The position numbers and the translations under genes are program-made. A stretch of 64,000 nucleotides of DNA from Candidatus Saccharimonadia bacterium. Its GTDB lineage: Bacteria; Patescibacteriota; Saccharimonadia; UBA4664; JBBRNT01. Of this stretch, positions 25,506 through 35,570 are shown one piece after another. Where the stretch lies: positions 112,848 through 176,847 of the forward strand of contig JBBRNT010000001.1 in NCBI GenBank assembly GCA_038230095.1, in the 5' to 3' direction. How positions within the stretch are numbered: the stretch's first letter is position 1; each line of letters opens with the position of its first letter. The notes under the pieces are model-generated. The model was not told the DNA's origin. It made no database searches and saw only the letters and a list, made by a program, of their open reading frames with translations.

Positions 25506-27650
25506 ATGAATCCAGAACAACCAACTAACACACCCGCACCAAGCCCACGACCGGCAGGAGGTGACGACTTATTCCCTGGCGGTATACCCAACGTACCAAG
25601 CCGTTCGGCACGACCGCAACGCTCTAATTCCGGGCGTGGCGGCCAGAGCCCACGCCCCGGTAGCCAGCCACAGGGCATGACAAACCGACCGAACGCCCCG
25701 CGTCCCGTAGGCGCCGACGGACTACCAATTGCTCCTGGAACTGGCGGCCAGAGCCCACGCCCAGCCGGCCAAGGCCAGGGCCAAGGTGGTGGCCAGCGTC
25801 CTGGCGGGCGTGGTACCAACTCCACACCCAAAGGCACACGCTTCCGCAATGGTCAGCGTAGTAAGCCACTGCCAACTGGTAAGGAAATTCCAGTTAACAA
25901 GACATTGTTTAACGGTGCCGGCGGTGCGCAACAGACCCAGATAAAGGAGCGCGACGCCAACACCTTTACCAAGGTACCAAAGCTGAAGGTAATTCCACTG
26001 GGTGGCTTGGGTGAGATTGGTAAGAACATGATGGCCGTGGAGTACGAGAACGACATTGTGATCATCGATATGGGCTTTGCCTTCCCGGACGAGTCCCAGC
26101 CCGGCATTGACTACATTATTCCAGATACAACCTATCTGGATAAGAACAAGCATAAGATCCGCGGCATTATCATTACCCACGGCCACATGGACCACATTGG
26201 TGCTGCCGGCTACATGATCCCCAAGTATCCTGTGCCCATCTATGGCTCCAAGCTGAGCCTAGCCTTTGTTGAAAAGCAGATTGGCGAGTTTAAGATACAC
26301 CAGCCCAAGTGGATTGTCCTAGACCCCGACAAGCACGAGCGCGTGCAGCTTGGCGTGTTCAATATTGAGCTGGTTCGCGTTACCCATACCATATCCGACT
26401 CCACGGCAGTGGTACTGCGTACGCCTATTGGAACTCTAATTAACACCGGTGACTGGCGTCACGACACCCAGCCGCTGGACAACAAGCCCATGGACTTCCC
26501 TCGACTCGAAGAGATTGGTAAGGAAGGCGTACTCTTGCTCATGAGCGACAGTACTAGCTGTGACCGGGCTGGCCACAACCCCTACGAGCGCGATCTGACA
26601 GCCTCGATTGACGATCTGTTCAGCCGAGCCCAGGCTCGCATCATTATCTCGGCATTCTCCAGCTCTATCACCCGCGTGCAGCTCATTATTGATGCCGCCG
26701 CCAAGGCTAATCGTAAGCTAGCCCTCGTAGGCCGCTCCACGCTGGCCAATGTAGAGCTGTGTGTGAAGCTCGGCTACATTAAGATTCCACCTGGCCTGCT
26801 AATGCGCGTGCAGGACATTACCCGCCAGCCCGATGAGCAGATTGTGATCCTGAGCACCGGCTCTCAGGGCGAGGAGAACTCAGCACTGGTGCGCATGTCC
26901 ACTGGCGACCACCAACAGGTCAAAATTAAGCCTGGCGATACCATCATCTTCAGCTCCAGTGTAATTCCCGGTAATGAGATTTCCGTGGTACGCCTCATCG
27001 ATAACCTGATGCGTGAGGGTGCCAATGTCTTTGCAGGCTCAACCCAGGGCATTAAGCACCACGGCCCAGTGCACGTGGGCGGTCACGCCTGGCGCGAGGA
27101 CGTCGGCGAGCTTGTAGCTTTGGTAAAGCCCAAGTACTACATGCCGATCCACGGAGAGTTCCACCACCTGGTTTACAGCGCCGAAGTGGCGGTAGAGAAC
27201 GGTGTAGCTCCTGCCAATACGTTTGTCCTAGACAATGGTGATGTGCTAGAGATAACCCCCAATGGTGCCAAGCGCGGCGAGCGCGTGCCCAGCGGCGTAG
27301 TGCTGATCGACGGCTCTGGAGTGGGTGACGTAGAGCAAGTGGTTCTACGCGATCGTCTCACCATGTCTGGTGACGGCATATTCATGATCCTAGCCACAGT
27401 GGACCGCAAGACCGGTAAGCTGCTTACCAGCCCAGACATTATCTCCCGTGGGTTCATCTACATGAAGGACAACGAGGAGCTGATCGGCCGCGCTCGGGCC
27501 GAGATTCGAAAGGCCTTTGAGAACCGTAGTGTACGCGAGCCCGATGACTGGGTGAAGTTCAAGCTACGCCTGCGCGACGACATTGGTGACTTGCTCTACA
27601 AGCGCACCAAGCGCAATCCGATGATTATTCCGGTAATAAACGAAGTATAG
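25506..27650 (+). CDS. rnj: ribonuclease J (beta-CASP metallo-beta-lactamase) with long disordered N-terminal extension
   Basis: ITHGHMDHIGA motif, beta-CASP region and C-terminal domain. The first roughly 160 aa are rich in G/P/Q/R/S. Confidence 0.9.
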   Translation: MNPEQPTNTPAPSPRPAGGDDLFPGGIPNVPSRSARPQRSNSGRGGQSPRPGSQPQGMTNRPNAPRPVGADGLPIAPGTGGQSPRPAGQGQGQGGGQRPGGRGTNSTPKGTRFRNGQRSKPLPTGKEIPVNKTLFNGAGGAQQTQIKERDANTFTKVPKLKVIPLGGLGEIGKNMMAVEYENDIVIIDMGFAFPDESQPGIDYIIPDTTYLDKNKHKIRGIIITHGHMDHIGAAGYMIPKYPVPIYGSKLSLAFVEKQIGEFKIHQPKWIVLDPDKHERVQLGVFNIELVRVTHTISDSTAVVLRTPIGTLINTGDWRHDTQPLDNKPMDFPRLEEIGKEGVLLLMSDSTSCDRAGHNPYERDLTASIDDLFSRAQARIIISAFSSSITRVQLIIDAAAKANRKLALVGRSTLANVELCVKLGYIKIPPGLLMRVQDITRQPDEQIVILSTGSQGEENSALVRMSTGDHQQVKIKPGDTIIFSSSVIPGNEISVVRLIDNLMREGANVFAGSTQGIKHHGPVHVGGHAWREDVGELVALVKPKYYMPIHGEFHHLVYSAEVAVENGVAPANTFVLDNGDVLEITPNGAKRGERVPSGVVLIDGSGVGDVEQVVLRDRLTMSGDGIFMILATVDRKTGKLLTSPDIISRGFIYMKDNEELIGRARAEIRKAFENRSVREPDDWVKFKLRLRDDIGDLLYKRTKRNPMIIPVINEV

Positions 27651-27666
27651 TCTGACGTATTAGAAG

Positions 27667-27687
27667 AGGCCCGTAAGGGCCTTTTTT
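27667..27687 (+). terminator. Rho-independent terminator after RNase J
   Basis: AGGCCC-GTAA-GGGCCT then T6. Confidence 0.8.
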
Positions 27688-27688
27688 A

Positions 27689-28960
27689 ATGTCTGGCACT
27701 ACTGGTAAGATAGCAACGATCATGCACTCATATGTAGATAAATATTGGACTGGTTTCTCGCCGCGTCTGCGGAAAATGGTGCTGTACTATGCCTCAGCTG
27801 GGCTGGTCTTTTGGTATGCCGTAGAGAAGCTCTTTCTTACAACCCAGCTCCATTTGAATCCTGTACAGCTGGTTATATTAATCAATGTAGCGTACATAGC
27901 CCACTTCATCATTGATATACCATCAAGCGTACTGGCCGACCGCTGGAGCCGGAACAAGACTCTGGCACTCAGTCTGGTATCTGCTTGGATTGCCGCGCTA
28001 ATAGGCGGCCTTGCCAACGGTTTCTGGATGTATGTATTTGTAGCTATCTTCTGGGCGGGGGCAAGTGCTCTCCATGGTGGTGTAGCCGATGCCCTGGTTT
28101 ACGATATATGCAAAGATGAAGGGAGCGACGAGACCTATGCAGTGACAGGCAATCGCATGAACAATGTGTTTATCGCAGCTATTGCCTCCGCTCTAATCCT
28201 AGGGGGCATCATTGCCCATTTCGGTGGTCTTCGGGCGCCGTATCTGGCAACGCTCATCTTCTTCCTGCCGAGTGCCTGGCAAATGTGGACGCTGAAAGAG
28301 CCTAGCTTCCATCGTAAGGACCAGCATGACTCAAGCCGCGGGCATATTATGGAGTCATTGCGTACGTTCAAACGTAGCCCCCAGCTCCTGTTCGTTGCAG
28401 TGATGATGGTGATTAACAACGGTGTGATTGCCATACCCCTTTATGAGTTCTCGCAATTGGTTTTTGCCAATGCAGGGCTTGCGCTCATTGGTATTGGCAT
28501 TGCGACGGCTACGACAAACACCATCCTGACGCTACTGATGACTGGTGTAACGATCCGTCTCCAGACCCGAGCGGGGTGGCTTTTCCCAATCTGGTTCGTG
28601 GTGACGGCGCTAGCACTATTTGCAGTTCGGTTTATTGGGCATTGGCCGCTTCTGGTGGCGCTCTACGGCGTGGGCGTGGCGGCTCAGGCTATGACCAGCC
28701 GCTGGCTTGCCATTGGCTTGCAACAGAACGTGGCTAGTAGTGAGCGTGCGGCTACTAGCTCGGTTGTGGGGACGGGGTCCAATGTAGCGTGGTTAGCTAT
28801 AAGCCCGCTTGTTGCCATTGCCTTGTTCCGGTTCGGGCCGGTGGGTGGCTCACAGGTATCGGCAGCATTTGCGCTGGTGGCTGCCGTCCTAGCTGCAGCT
28901 ACTTGGCTTTACTTCCGCAGTAGGTTTACTGGCCTGTTTCATAAGTCGGAGGCCCTATGA
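27689..28960 (+). CDS. MFS transporter
   Basis: About 12 predicted TM helices in two halves. The first ATG abuts the terminator T-run, so an alternative start at 27722 is possible. Confidence 0.7.
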   Translation: MSGTTGKIATIMHSYVDKYWTGFSPRLRKMVLYYASAGLVFWYAVEKLFLTTQLHLNPVQLVILINVAYIAHFIIDIPSSVLADRWSRNKTLALSLVSAWIAALIGGLANGFWMYVFVAIFWAGASALHGGVADALVYDICKDEGSDETYAVTGNRMNNVFIAAIASALILGGIIAHFGGLRAPYLATLIFFLPSAWQMWTLKEPSFHRKDQHDSSRGHIMESLRTFKRSPQLLFVAVMMVINNGVIAIPLYEFSQLVFANAGLALIGIGIATATTNTILTLLMTGVTIRLQTRAGWLFPIWFVVTALALFAVRFIGHWPLLVALYGVGVAAQAMTSRWLAIGLQQNVASSERAATSSVVGTGSNVAWLAISPLVAIALFRFGPVGGSQVSAAFALVAAVLAAATWLYFRSRFTGLFHKSEAL

Positions 28961-29220
28961 GCCAGGGTGTTGAACGCTTCTTATCGACTACTGGATTGGT
29001 ACAAATCTGGCCTTCAAAACAGGCAGATAAGCAGCTGGTATGTGAGTACTTGGCAACGAAATTTGATTCTCAACAGATATATAACGAGCAATCTATAAAT
29101 AATGTGCTCAAAGCCTGGCACACGTTTAATGACTGGCCACTGCTGCGCCGGGAGCTGTATGAACGAGGCCTTTTGAGCCGTAATAATGATGGCTCACAAT
29201 ACCAGGTCGTAGGACACTGA
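28957..29220 (+). CDS. small hypothetical protein (87 aa)
   Basis: ATGA overlap with the MFS gene. Coding-like composition. Confidence 0.4.
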   Translation: MSQGVERFLSTTGLVQIWPSKQADKQLVCEYLATKFDSQQIYNEQSINNVLKAWHTFNDWPLLRRELYERGLLSRNNDGSQYQVVGH

Positions 29221-29278
29221 GGCGCTAGCTGATAGCGCACAGGGATAAAATATTCAGCCCGGGTGGTAAGATGGACGT

Positions 29279-30382
29279 ATGGCACTTCAACCCGACAATC
29301 TGCGAGAACATGTATCACTTGCCCGGTACTCTACAATGCGGCTGGGCGGTGAGGCGCGCTACTTTGCCGAAGTGCGCTACGAAGAAGAACTCAAGAATGC
29401 GGTGGCCTGGGCCAAGGAGCAGAAGCTCCCCATGATTATGCTGGGGGGTGGAAGCAATACGGTTATCACCGATGCTGGATTCGCTGGACTGGTGATTATT
29501 AATCGGATTACCGGCCTGCGTAAGGGTCCGGCTGGCGTAGGGGAGGTACTCGTAACGGCTGGTTCTGGTGAGATTTGGGACGATCTGGTGGCCTATACGG
29601 TTGAGCAGGGCTTGTCGGGGCTAGAGACGCTGTCGCTTGTGCCTGGCACGGTGGGGGCGGCGCCCATGCAGAACATTGGCGCCTACGGCATGGAGATTGA
29701 CCAAGTACTGGAGCACTTGGAGGCGTTGGATCTGCAGACAGACCAAGTGGTGTCGCTCACACCGGTAGAGTGCGGGTTTAGCTACCGCTCTAGCTGGCTG
29801 CAGACCAAGCTGAAAGGGCGGTATTTTATTATGAGCGTCACGTTTCGGCTGCAGGACTTTGCCAAGACGCTAGAGATGGAGCGCAAGATAAAGCCACCGT
29901 ACTATACGGATATTGCCGACTACCTAGCCGAGCACCCGGTCGCAGCCCCGACGCCACAAGTAATACGGGACGCTGTGATTGCCATACGCAAGCGGAAGCT
30001 GCCAGATGTGGCTACTGTGGCAACGAGCGGCTCTTTTTTCGGTAATCCCATACTTGACGCAGCCGCTTTCGAGAAGCTAGTGGCCGAGCACCCTGCCCTC
30101 AATGAGCCGGGTGCCGGCTACACCCAGAAGCCGTATTGGCCTATGCCAGACGGCCGTATTAAGGTGTCGGCCGGCCGACTGATTGAAATGTCTGGCATGC
30201 GCGGCTGGAAAGACGCCGAGACCGGCATGGCTATTAGTGATAAGCAGGCATTGGTCGTTATTAATGAGCATGCCGAGTCGGCGGCTGACCTGTTCCGTTT
30301 TCGACAAAAGATAGTTGATAGGGTCTATGAGCAGTGGGGGATTATACTTGAACAAGAGCCAGAAACCATTGGTGCCGAGTAG
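29279..30382 (+). CDS. murB: UDP-N-acetylenolpyruvoylglucosamine reductase
   Basis: FAD-binding N-terminus YSTMRLGGEARYF...MLGGGSNTVI and the MurB C-terminal domain. Confidence 0.9.
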   Translation: MALQPDNLREHVSLARYSTMRLGGEARYFAEVRYEEELKNAVAWAKEQKLPMIMLGGGSNTVITDAGFAGLVIINRITGLRKGPAGVGEVLVTAGSGEIWDDLVAYTVEQGLSGLETLSLVPGTVGAAPMQNIGAYGMEIDQVLEHLEALDLQTDQVVSLTPVECGFSYRSSWLQTKLKGRYFIMSVTFRLQDFAKTLEMERKIKPPYYTDIADYLAEHPVAAPTPQVIRDAVIAIRKRKLPDVATVATSGSFFGNPILDAAAFEKLVAEHPALNEPGAGYTQKPYWPMPDGRIKVSAGRLIEMSGMRGWKDAETGMAISDKQALVVINEHAESAADLFRFRQKIVDRVYEQWGIILEQEPETIGAE

Positions 30383-30433
30383 GCAGATTCCCATCTGGAC
30401 AAAGCAGAGCATAAGGAGTATAATAGGAACATA

Positions 30434-32563
30434 ATGGCTCGTAAAAAAGCAGCAAAAAAACCAAAAAAGACCAAGGATGTCGAAAAGGAGCCCAAGCTTG
30501 CTCGTGGCGTAGGCCAGGAGATTATTGCTATCCTCATTATGATTGTGGCAGTGGTACTGCTCCTCTCGTCGTTTGGTTGGGGTGGTGACTTTGCCAACCA
30601 GACCTTTGCCACTATCCGACTTACCCTGGGACTAGCGGCCTTCTTGGTGCCGTTTATCCTAGCCATATTGGGCTGGATGCTTGTGCGTCCGTCTCGGTAC
30701 GCCGTAAAGGGCAATTTCTACTTTGGCTTCCTTGGCTTCGAGCTGGCATTTGCCGCGCTGCTGGGCGCCCTGACTAACCCCGACATGGCACTAACGCAGG
30801 CTCAAGCTGGCATGGGCGGTGGTATGGGTGGGTTCTTTGTGTCTACGCTATTTCTCCGGTTCGTGAACGTGCCGACGTCCGTTATTATCCTATCTGGTCT
30901 TATGGTGGTGTTCCTGATTGTCGCGGCCAATGCGCGCATTGTAGACATGTGGCACATCCTGACCGGCCGGTTTGCCAAGGCTCCGCTTGAAGAACTGAAG
31001 ATAAACGAGGCCACCGGTGTGGAGGCACAGCCAAGTAACAAGCTCCAGATAAAAGGCACGATTGGACTGGCCAAGGCTCCGGCCAAGCCTAAGACCGAGG
31101 AAGAAGCACTGACAGTGAATCTAGACCCAGAGTGGGAGCCACCGTCAACAAACTTGCTGGAATCTACCAGCACTAAGGCTGACGCCGGCAATGTCAAAGA
31201 AAACGCTGCAATCATTAAGGATACGCTGGAAAGCTTTAATATTAATGTTCAGATGGGCGAGGTTAATGTCGGCCCCACGGTGGCCCAGTACACCTTCTTG
31301 CCACCCTCGGGTGTGAAGCTGAATAAGATTACTGGGCTCGATACTAATCTCGCGCTATCGCTGGCGGCTCACCCTATTCGGATCGAAGCGCCAATTCCAG
31401 GCAAGTCGGCGGTAGGTGTGGAAATACCCAATAAGACAATTGCCACGGTGCGCCTGCGCGACGTATTGATGAGCCCCGAAGTACGGGCGCAGAAGTCGCC
31501 GCTGCAGTTCGTGCTGGGCCGCGATGTCAGTGGTATTTCTATGTCTGCTGACCTGGCCAAGATGCCCCATATGCTCATTGCCGGTGCGACTGGCTCGGGT
31601 AAGTCCGTCATGATTAATGCCGTGCTGACGAGCCTACTCTATCGCAACTCGCCTTCAGACCTGAAGCTGATTCTTGTCGACCCGAAACGAGTAGAGCTGA
31701 GCCTGTATAATGACATTCCCCATTTGCTTACACCCGTCATTGTGGAGCCAGAGAAGTGTATCTCGGCACTGAAGTGGGCTGTGGCTGAGATGGAGCGCCG
31801 ATACAAGCTGCTGGCCGAGGTAGGCAACCGCAATATTATTGAGTACAACAAGGCCCACCCGGAAGAGGCTATGCCCTATATTGTGATAGTCATAGACGAG
31901 ATGGCCGACCTGATGGTGCTGGCTGCCCAAGACGTGGAAGGCCTGATCGTGCGTCTGGCTCAGATGGCGCGTGCCATTGGTATACACCTGGTACTCGCCA
32001 CGCAGCGCCCTTCAGTAGACGTGATTACGGGCCTTATTAAGGCCAATATCCCAGCCCGTCTGGCCTTTAGCGTGGCCTCACAGATTGACTCTCGGACTAT
32101 CCTGGACCAGGCCGGTGCTGAGAAGCTACTGGGTAAGGGTGACATGCTCTTCAGCTCTCCAGAGTACATGAAGCCACGTCGTATACAGGGCGTGTTCATG
32201 AGCGAGAAAGAAGTGAAGTCGGTGACAGACTACCTGCGTAGCGCACGGGCGCCTCAGTACAATGAGGAGATTACCAGCCAACCCGTGAAGATAGGCAAAG
32301 GCGGTGGCGGTGGTATGGACGACTTTGACGGCGCTGATGACGACATGTTTGAGCAAGCTGCCGAGACAGTCATCAGAAGCGGCAAGGCCTCTGCTAGCCT
32401 TCTACAGCGCCGCCTGCGAGTGGGCTATGCTCGGGCCGCCCGTCTCCTAGACCTACTGGAAGAGCGCGGGATAGTGGGGCCACCTGACGGCGCCCGTCCG
32501 CGCGACGTACTAGTAGCTAGCATGAACGATGTTGCCAACGGCGATGTGACGTTCGAGGACTAA
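30434..32563 (+). CDS. ftsK: DNA translocase FtsK/SpoIIIE with gamma (winged-helix KOPS-reading) domain
   Basis: N-terminal TM helices. Walker A GATGSGKSV. C-terminal gamma domain SASLLQRRLRVGYARAARLLDLLEERGIVG. Confidence 0.93.
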   Translation: MARKKAAKKPKKTKDVEKEPKLARGVGQEIIAILIMIVAVVLLLSSFGWGGDFANQTFATIRLTLGLAAFLVPFILAILGWMLVRPSRYAVKGNFYFGFLGFELAFAALLGALTNPDMALTQAQAGMGGGMGGFFVSTLFLRFVNVPTSVIILSGLMVVFLIVAANARIVDMWHILTGRFAKAPLEELKINEATGVEAQPSNKLQIKGTIGLAKAPAKPKTEEEALTVNLDPEWEPPSTNLLESTSTKADAGNVKENAAIIKDTLESFNINVQMGEVNVGPTVAQYTFLPPSGVKLNKITGLDTNLALSLAAHPIRIEAPIPGKSAVGVEIPNKTIATVRLRDVLMSPEVRAQKSPLQFVLGRDVSGISMSADLAKMPHMLIAGATGSGKSVMINAVLTSLLYRNSPSDLKLILVDPKRVELSLYNDIPHLLTPVIVEPEKCISALKWAVAEMERRYKLLAEVGNRNIIEYNKAHPEEAMPYIVIVIDEMADLMVLAAQDVEGLIVRLAQMARAIGIHLVLATQRPSVDVITGLIKANIPARLAFSVASQIDSRTILDQAGAEKLLGKGDMLFSSPEYMKPRRIQGVFMSEKEVKSVTDYLRSARAPQYNEEITSQPVKIGKGGGGGMDDFDGADDDMFEQAAETVIRSGKASASLLQRRLRVGYARAARLLDLLEERGIVGPPDGARPRDVLVASMNDVANGDVTFED

Positions 32564-32578
32564 TACCACTGAATAAGA

Positions 32579-32601
32579 CGGCCCCGTAAGGGGTCGTTTT
32601 T
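32579..32601 (+). terminator. Rho-independent terminator after ftsK
   Basis: CGGCCCC-GTAA-GGGGTCG then T5. Confidence 0.75.
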
Positions 32602-32651
32602 GGTGCAGACTACTGACTGCTCGATCCGAGTAAATCCTGTACACTAGGAGT

Positions 32652-33650
32652 ATGAAAGAGAAGCCAGTACAGCTTGCACCGCTTATTCCGCATGTGGCCG
32701 ACCTGCGAGTGGGAGCAATGCTGCGTAAGCAGCGGCAAGTGCTTAAGATTACGCTGGCCGACGTGGAGATAGCAACCAAGATCCGGGGTAAATACCTGGT
32801 GAGTCTAGAGGCCTGTGACTACGGTAGCCTGCCAGATGACATATATACCAAGGGCTTTGTGCAGAGCTACGCGGACTTCCTGGGGCTTGAGGGCAGGCTG
32901 GTGGCCAAGCAGTACCAAAGCGAGCGTGGTTCGGTAAAGACTAAGCGCGCGGTGGCGGCCAAGAAGCCGGTACAGAGGAAGGCACGTGGTTTCTACATTA
33001 CGCCGCGGCTGTTTATAGTGGCGGGCTCGGTGCTGGTGGCGGCGGGTATTATTGCCTACCTATCTTGGCAGTTCCAGGGGCTATCTGCCCCGCCCCGGCT
33101 GGCTGTAGACAGCCCCGGCGATAACCAAGTGATAGACGGCGGTCTCACAACCATTAGTGGAAGCGTGGCGGGTGGGTCCAATGTGTTTGTGAATGACTCG
33201 CCCGTGCTACTAGATGCACGCGGGCACTTCAGCGATCAGCTGGCTCTGCAGGACGGCGTGAATACTGTGCGGGTGACGGCTACCAACCGCCTTGGTCGCG
33301 AGGCAATCGTCACACGTAATGTGCTAGCGAGAGTGGCCAAGATGGCTAACGGCACGGCAGACAGCCCGCAGCTTATCCCTGGCGTACGGGTAATAGTGAC
33401 TGCCAAGGGTGGCACAGCCAGTATTACGATCGCCATTGATGGCCAGGGCAAGCCGCGCGTGACCATGCTGGACGGTACCTCGCAGACATTTGAGGGCACT
33501 GATCGTATTACCATCTCCACCACGAATGCGGGGGTGACAAACCTGACTGTGACCAATAGTGTGGCCGCGGGTAAGACTATTAGTCCGGTGGGACATGACG
33601 GCGAGGCTAAGAATGATCTGGAGTTTACCAAGGACACAGTGATCCCATAG
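32652..33650 (+). CDS. RodZ-like HTH domain membrane protein
   Basis: N-terminal Xre-type HTH (ITLADVEIATKIRGKYLVSLE...YTKGFVQSYADFLGL), one TM segment, then an extracytoplasmic beta-rich domain. Confidence 0.65.
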   Translation: MKEKPVQLAPLIPHVADLRVGAMLRKQRQVLKITLADVEIATKIRGKYLVSLEACDYGSLPDDIYTKGFVQSYADFLGLEGRLVAKQYQSERGSVKTKRAVAAKKPVQRKARGFYITPRLFIVAGSVLVAAGIIAYLSWQFQGLSAPPRLAVDSPGDNQVIDGGLTTISGSVAGGSNVFVNDSPVLLDARGHFSDQLALQDGVNTVRVTATNRLGREAIVTRNVLARVAKMANGTADSPQLIPGVRVIVTAKGGTASITIAIDGQGKPRVTMLDGTSQTFEGTDRITISTTNAGVTNLTVTNSVAAGKTISPVGHDGEAKNDLEFTKDTVIP

Positions 33651-33693
33651 CTGGGAGCGTGCTACAATTACGCATAGATAAGGAGAAATACCG

Positions 33694-34191
33694 ATGGCCA
33701 AAGACTCTTCGTTTGATGTGGTGAGCGACTACGACGCCGCCGAGATGGCCAATGCCGTCGACCAAGCCCAGCGTGAGCTGGCAACCCGATATGACTTCCG
33801 CGGGACGACAGCGGGTATAGAATTTGCGGAGGGCAAGACTGGGCTGGCAATTACTGGCGATTCACAGGTGCAGCTAGATGCAATTATAGACGTAATCCAG
33901 TCCAAGCTACTCAAGCGCAATGTCTCGCTTAAGGTACTAGACACGTCGACAGAACCGGTCCAGGGTGGCAAGGAAATGCGTTGGGCGGTAGCATTCAAGA
34001 AGGGATTGGACCAGGACAAGGCCAAGTCTGTGACCAAGTCTATCCGCGACCACTACCCGAAGGTAAAAGCAAACATCCAGGGAGATGAAGTGCGCGTGAC
34101 TAGTCCAAGCCGGGATGACCTGCAGGGCGTCATGGCAATGCTGAAGACGCAGGAGTTCGACTTCCCGCTACAGTTTACGAACTATCGCTAG
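33694..34191 (+). CDS. yajQ: YajQ-family (UPF0234) nucleotide-binding protein
   Basis: MAKDSSFDVVSDYDAAEMANAVDQAQRELATRYDFRGT matches the YajQ N-terminus. Confidence 0.85.
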   Translation: MAKDSSFDVVSDYDAAEMANAVDQAQRELATRYDFRGTTAGIEFAEGKTGLAITGDSQVQLDAIIDVIQSKLLKRNVSLKVLDTSTEPVQGGKEMRWAVAFKKGLDQDKAKSVTKSIRDHYPKVKANIQGDEVRVTSPSRDDLQGVMAMLKTQEFDFPLQFTNYR

Positions 34192-34466
34192 GCTGCTTAC
34201 GCTTTCGGGCCCTTTTAATTACCTGGACAATAATCCAGGTAATAATAGCGGGCCAGAGAATGAAGGCAATGACAATGAGGAGCTGGACAATGTCGCGCTG
34301 GGCTGGAGTCCAGGTAGTGGGGAATAGGTTCATGGGCGTAGTGTAGCACGGCTGTTTCCAGATGTATAAACAGAGGCTTGACAGTACGGTTTATGTTCGG
34401 TTATGATGCATACATCAATACATTGGCCTGGTAACAGCCTGGCCACAAGATAAGGAGCGCGCTACA

Positions 34467-35561
34467 ATGGCTACAGCACTACAGGAGAAAACAATGCCTC
34501 AGGAATCGGAATCATCAACTCCCGTCCGTAAGATTGGTACTCATGAGGCCGCCGTTCGGCCGCCTATGTCCGACGCCGATAAAGCCGGACGGTTGCAGGC
34601 CGTCGACCTAGCTATATCGCAAATTGAGAAGCAGTTTGGTAAGGGCTCTATCATGAAGCTCGGCGAGGGCAGCAAGATAGAGGTAGAGACTATTCCTACC
34701 GGTAGCTTGAGCCTAGACCTAGCCCTCGGCGGCGGTATCCCACGCGGCCGTATCATTGAGATCTATGGCCCGGAGTCCAGCGGTAAGACTACGCTTGCCC
34801 TACACACTGTGGCTGAGGTACAGCGCAGTGGTGGCTTAGCGGCCTTTATTGACGCAGAGCATGCCCTAGACCCAGAGTATGCTGCGCGTATTGGAGTAAA
34901 CCTAGATGACCTCCTCATCTCACAGCCAGACACCGGTGAGCAAGCGCTCGAGATCACTGAGACGCTAGTTCGCTCTAACGCGGTAGACATTGTAGTCATC
35001 GACTCTGTGGCCGCTCTCGTGCCGCGGGCTGAGATTGAGGGCGACATGGGCGACTCACTTCCTGGTTTGCAGGCTCGTCTCATGAGCCAGGCACTACGCA
35101 AGCTGACTGGTGTGATCAGCAAAAGCAAGACTACGGTGGTATTCATTAACCAGCTCCGCATGAAGATTGGTGTTATGTTTGGTAACCCGGAGACCACTGC
35201 AGGTGGCCAGGCACTGAAGTACTATGCTTCGGTCCGTCTAGACATACGACGCACTGAGACTATTAAGGACGGCGAGACACCATTGGGCAACCACGTGAAG
35301 GTAAAAGTGGTCAAGAATAAGGTAGCGGCACCATTCAAGCTAGCCGAGTTCGACATTATGTTTAACGAAGGTATTTCCACTGCTGGTGATCTCATTGATC
35401 TAGCTGTGAAGTACGGCGAAGTGGGTAAGGCAGGAGCCTGGTACGAGTACAAGGGCGAGAAGATTGGTCAGGGACGTGAAGCCGCCAAGCAATACCTGAA
35501 GGATCACCCTAAGGTTATGAAGGACCTGGACGCTGCCATCCGCAAGGCTGCATCCGTCTAG
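34467..35561 (+). CDS. recA: recombinase RecA
   Basis: [19 protein letters not shown], Walker [11 protein letters not shown]1/L2 regions. Strong SD TAAGGAG precedes ATG 34467, which gives a roughly 33-aa N-terminal extension. Confidence 0.95.
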   Translation: MATALQEKTMPQESESSTPVRKIGTHEAAVRPPMSDADKAGRLQAVDLAISQIEKQFGKGSIMKLGEGSKIEVETIPTGSLSLDLALGGGIPRGRIIEIYGPESSGKTTLALHTVAEVQRSGGLAAFIDAEHALDPEYAARIGVNLDDLLISQPDTGEQALEITETLVRSNAVDIVVIDSVAALVPRAEIEGDMGDSLPGLQARLMSQALRKLTGVISKSKTTVVFINQLRMKIGVMFGNPETTAGGQALKYYASVRLDIRRTETIKDGETPLGNHVKVKVVKNKVAAPFKLAEFDIMFNEGISTAGDLIDLAVKYGEVGKAGAWYEYKGEKIGQGREAAKQYLKDHPKVMKDLDAAIRKAASV

Positions 35562-35570
35562 TCTCTACGC

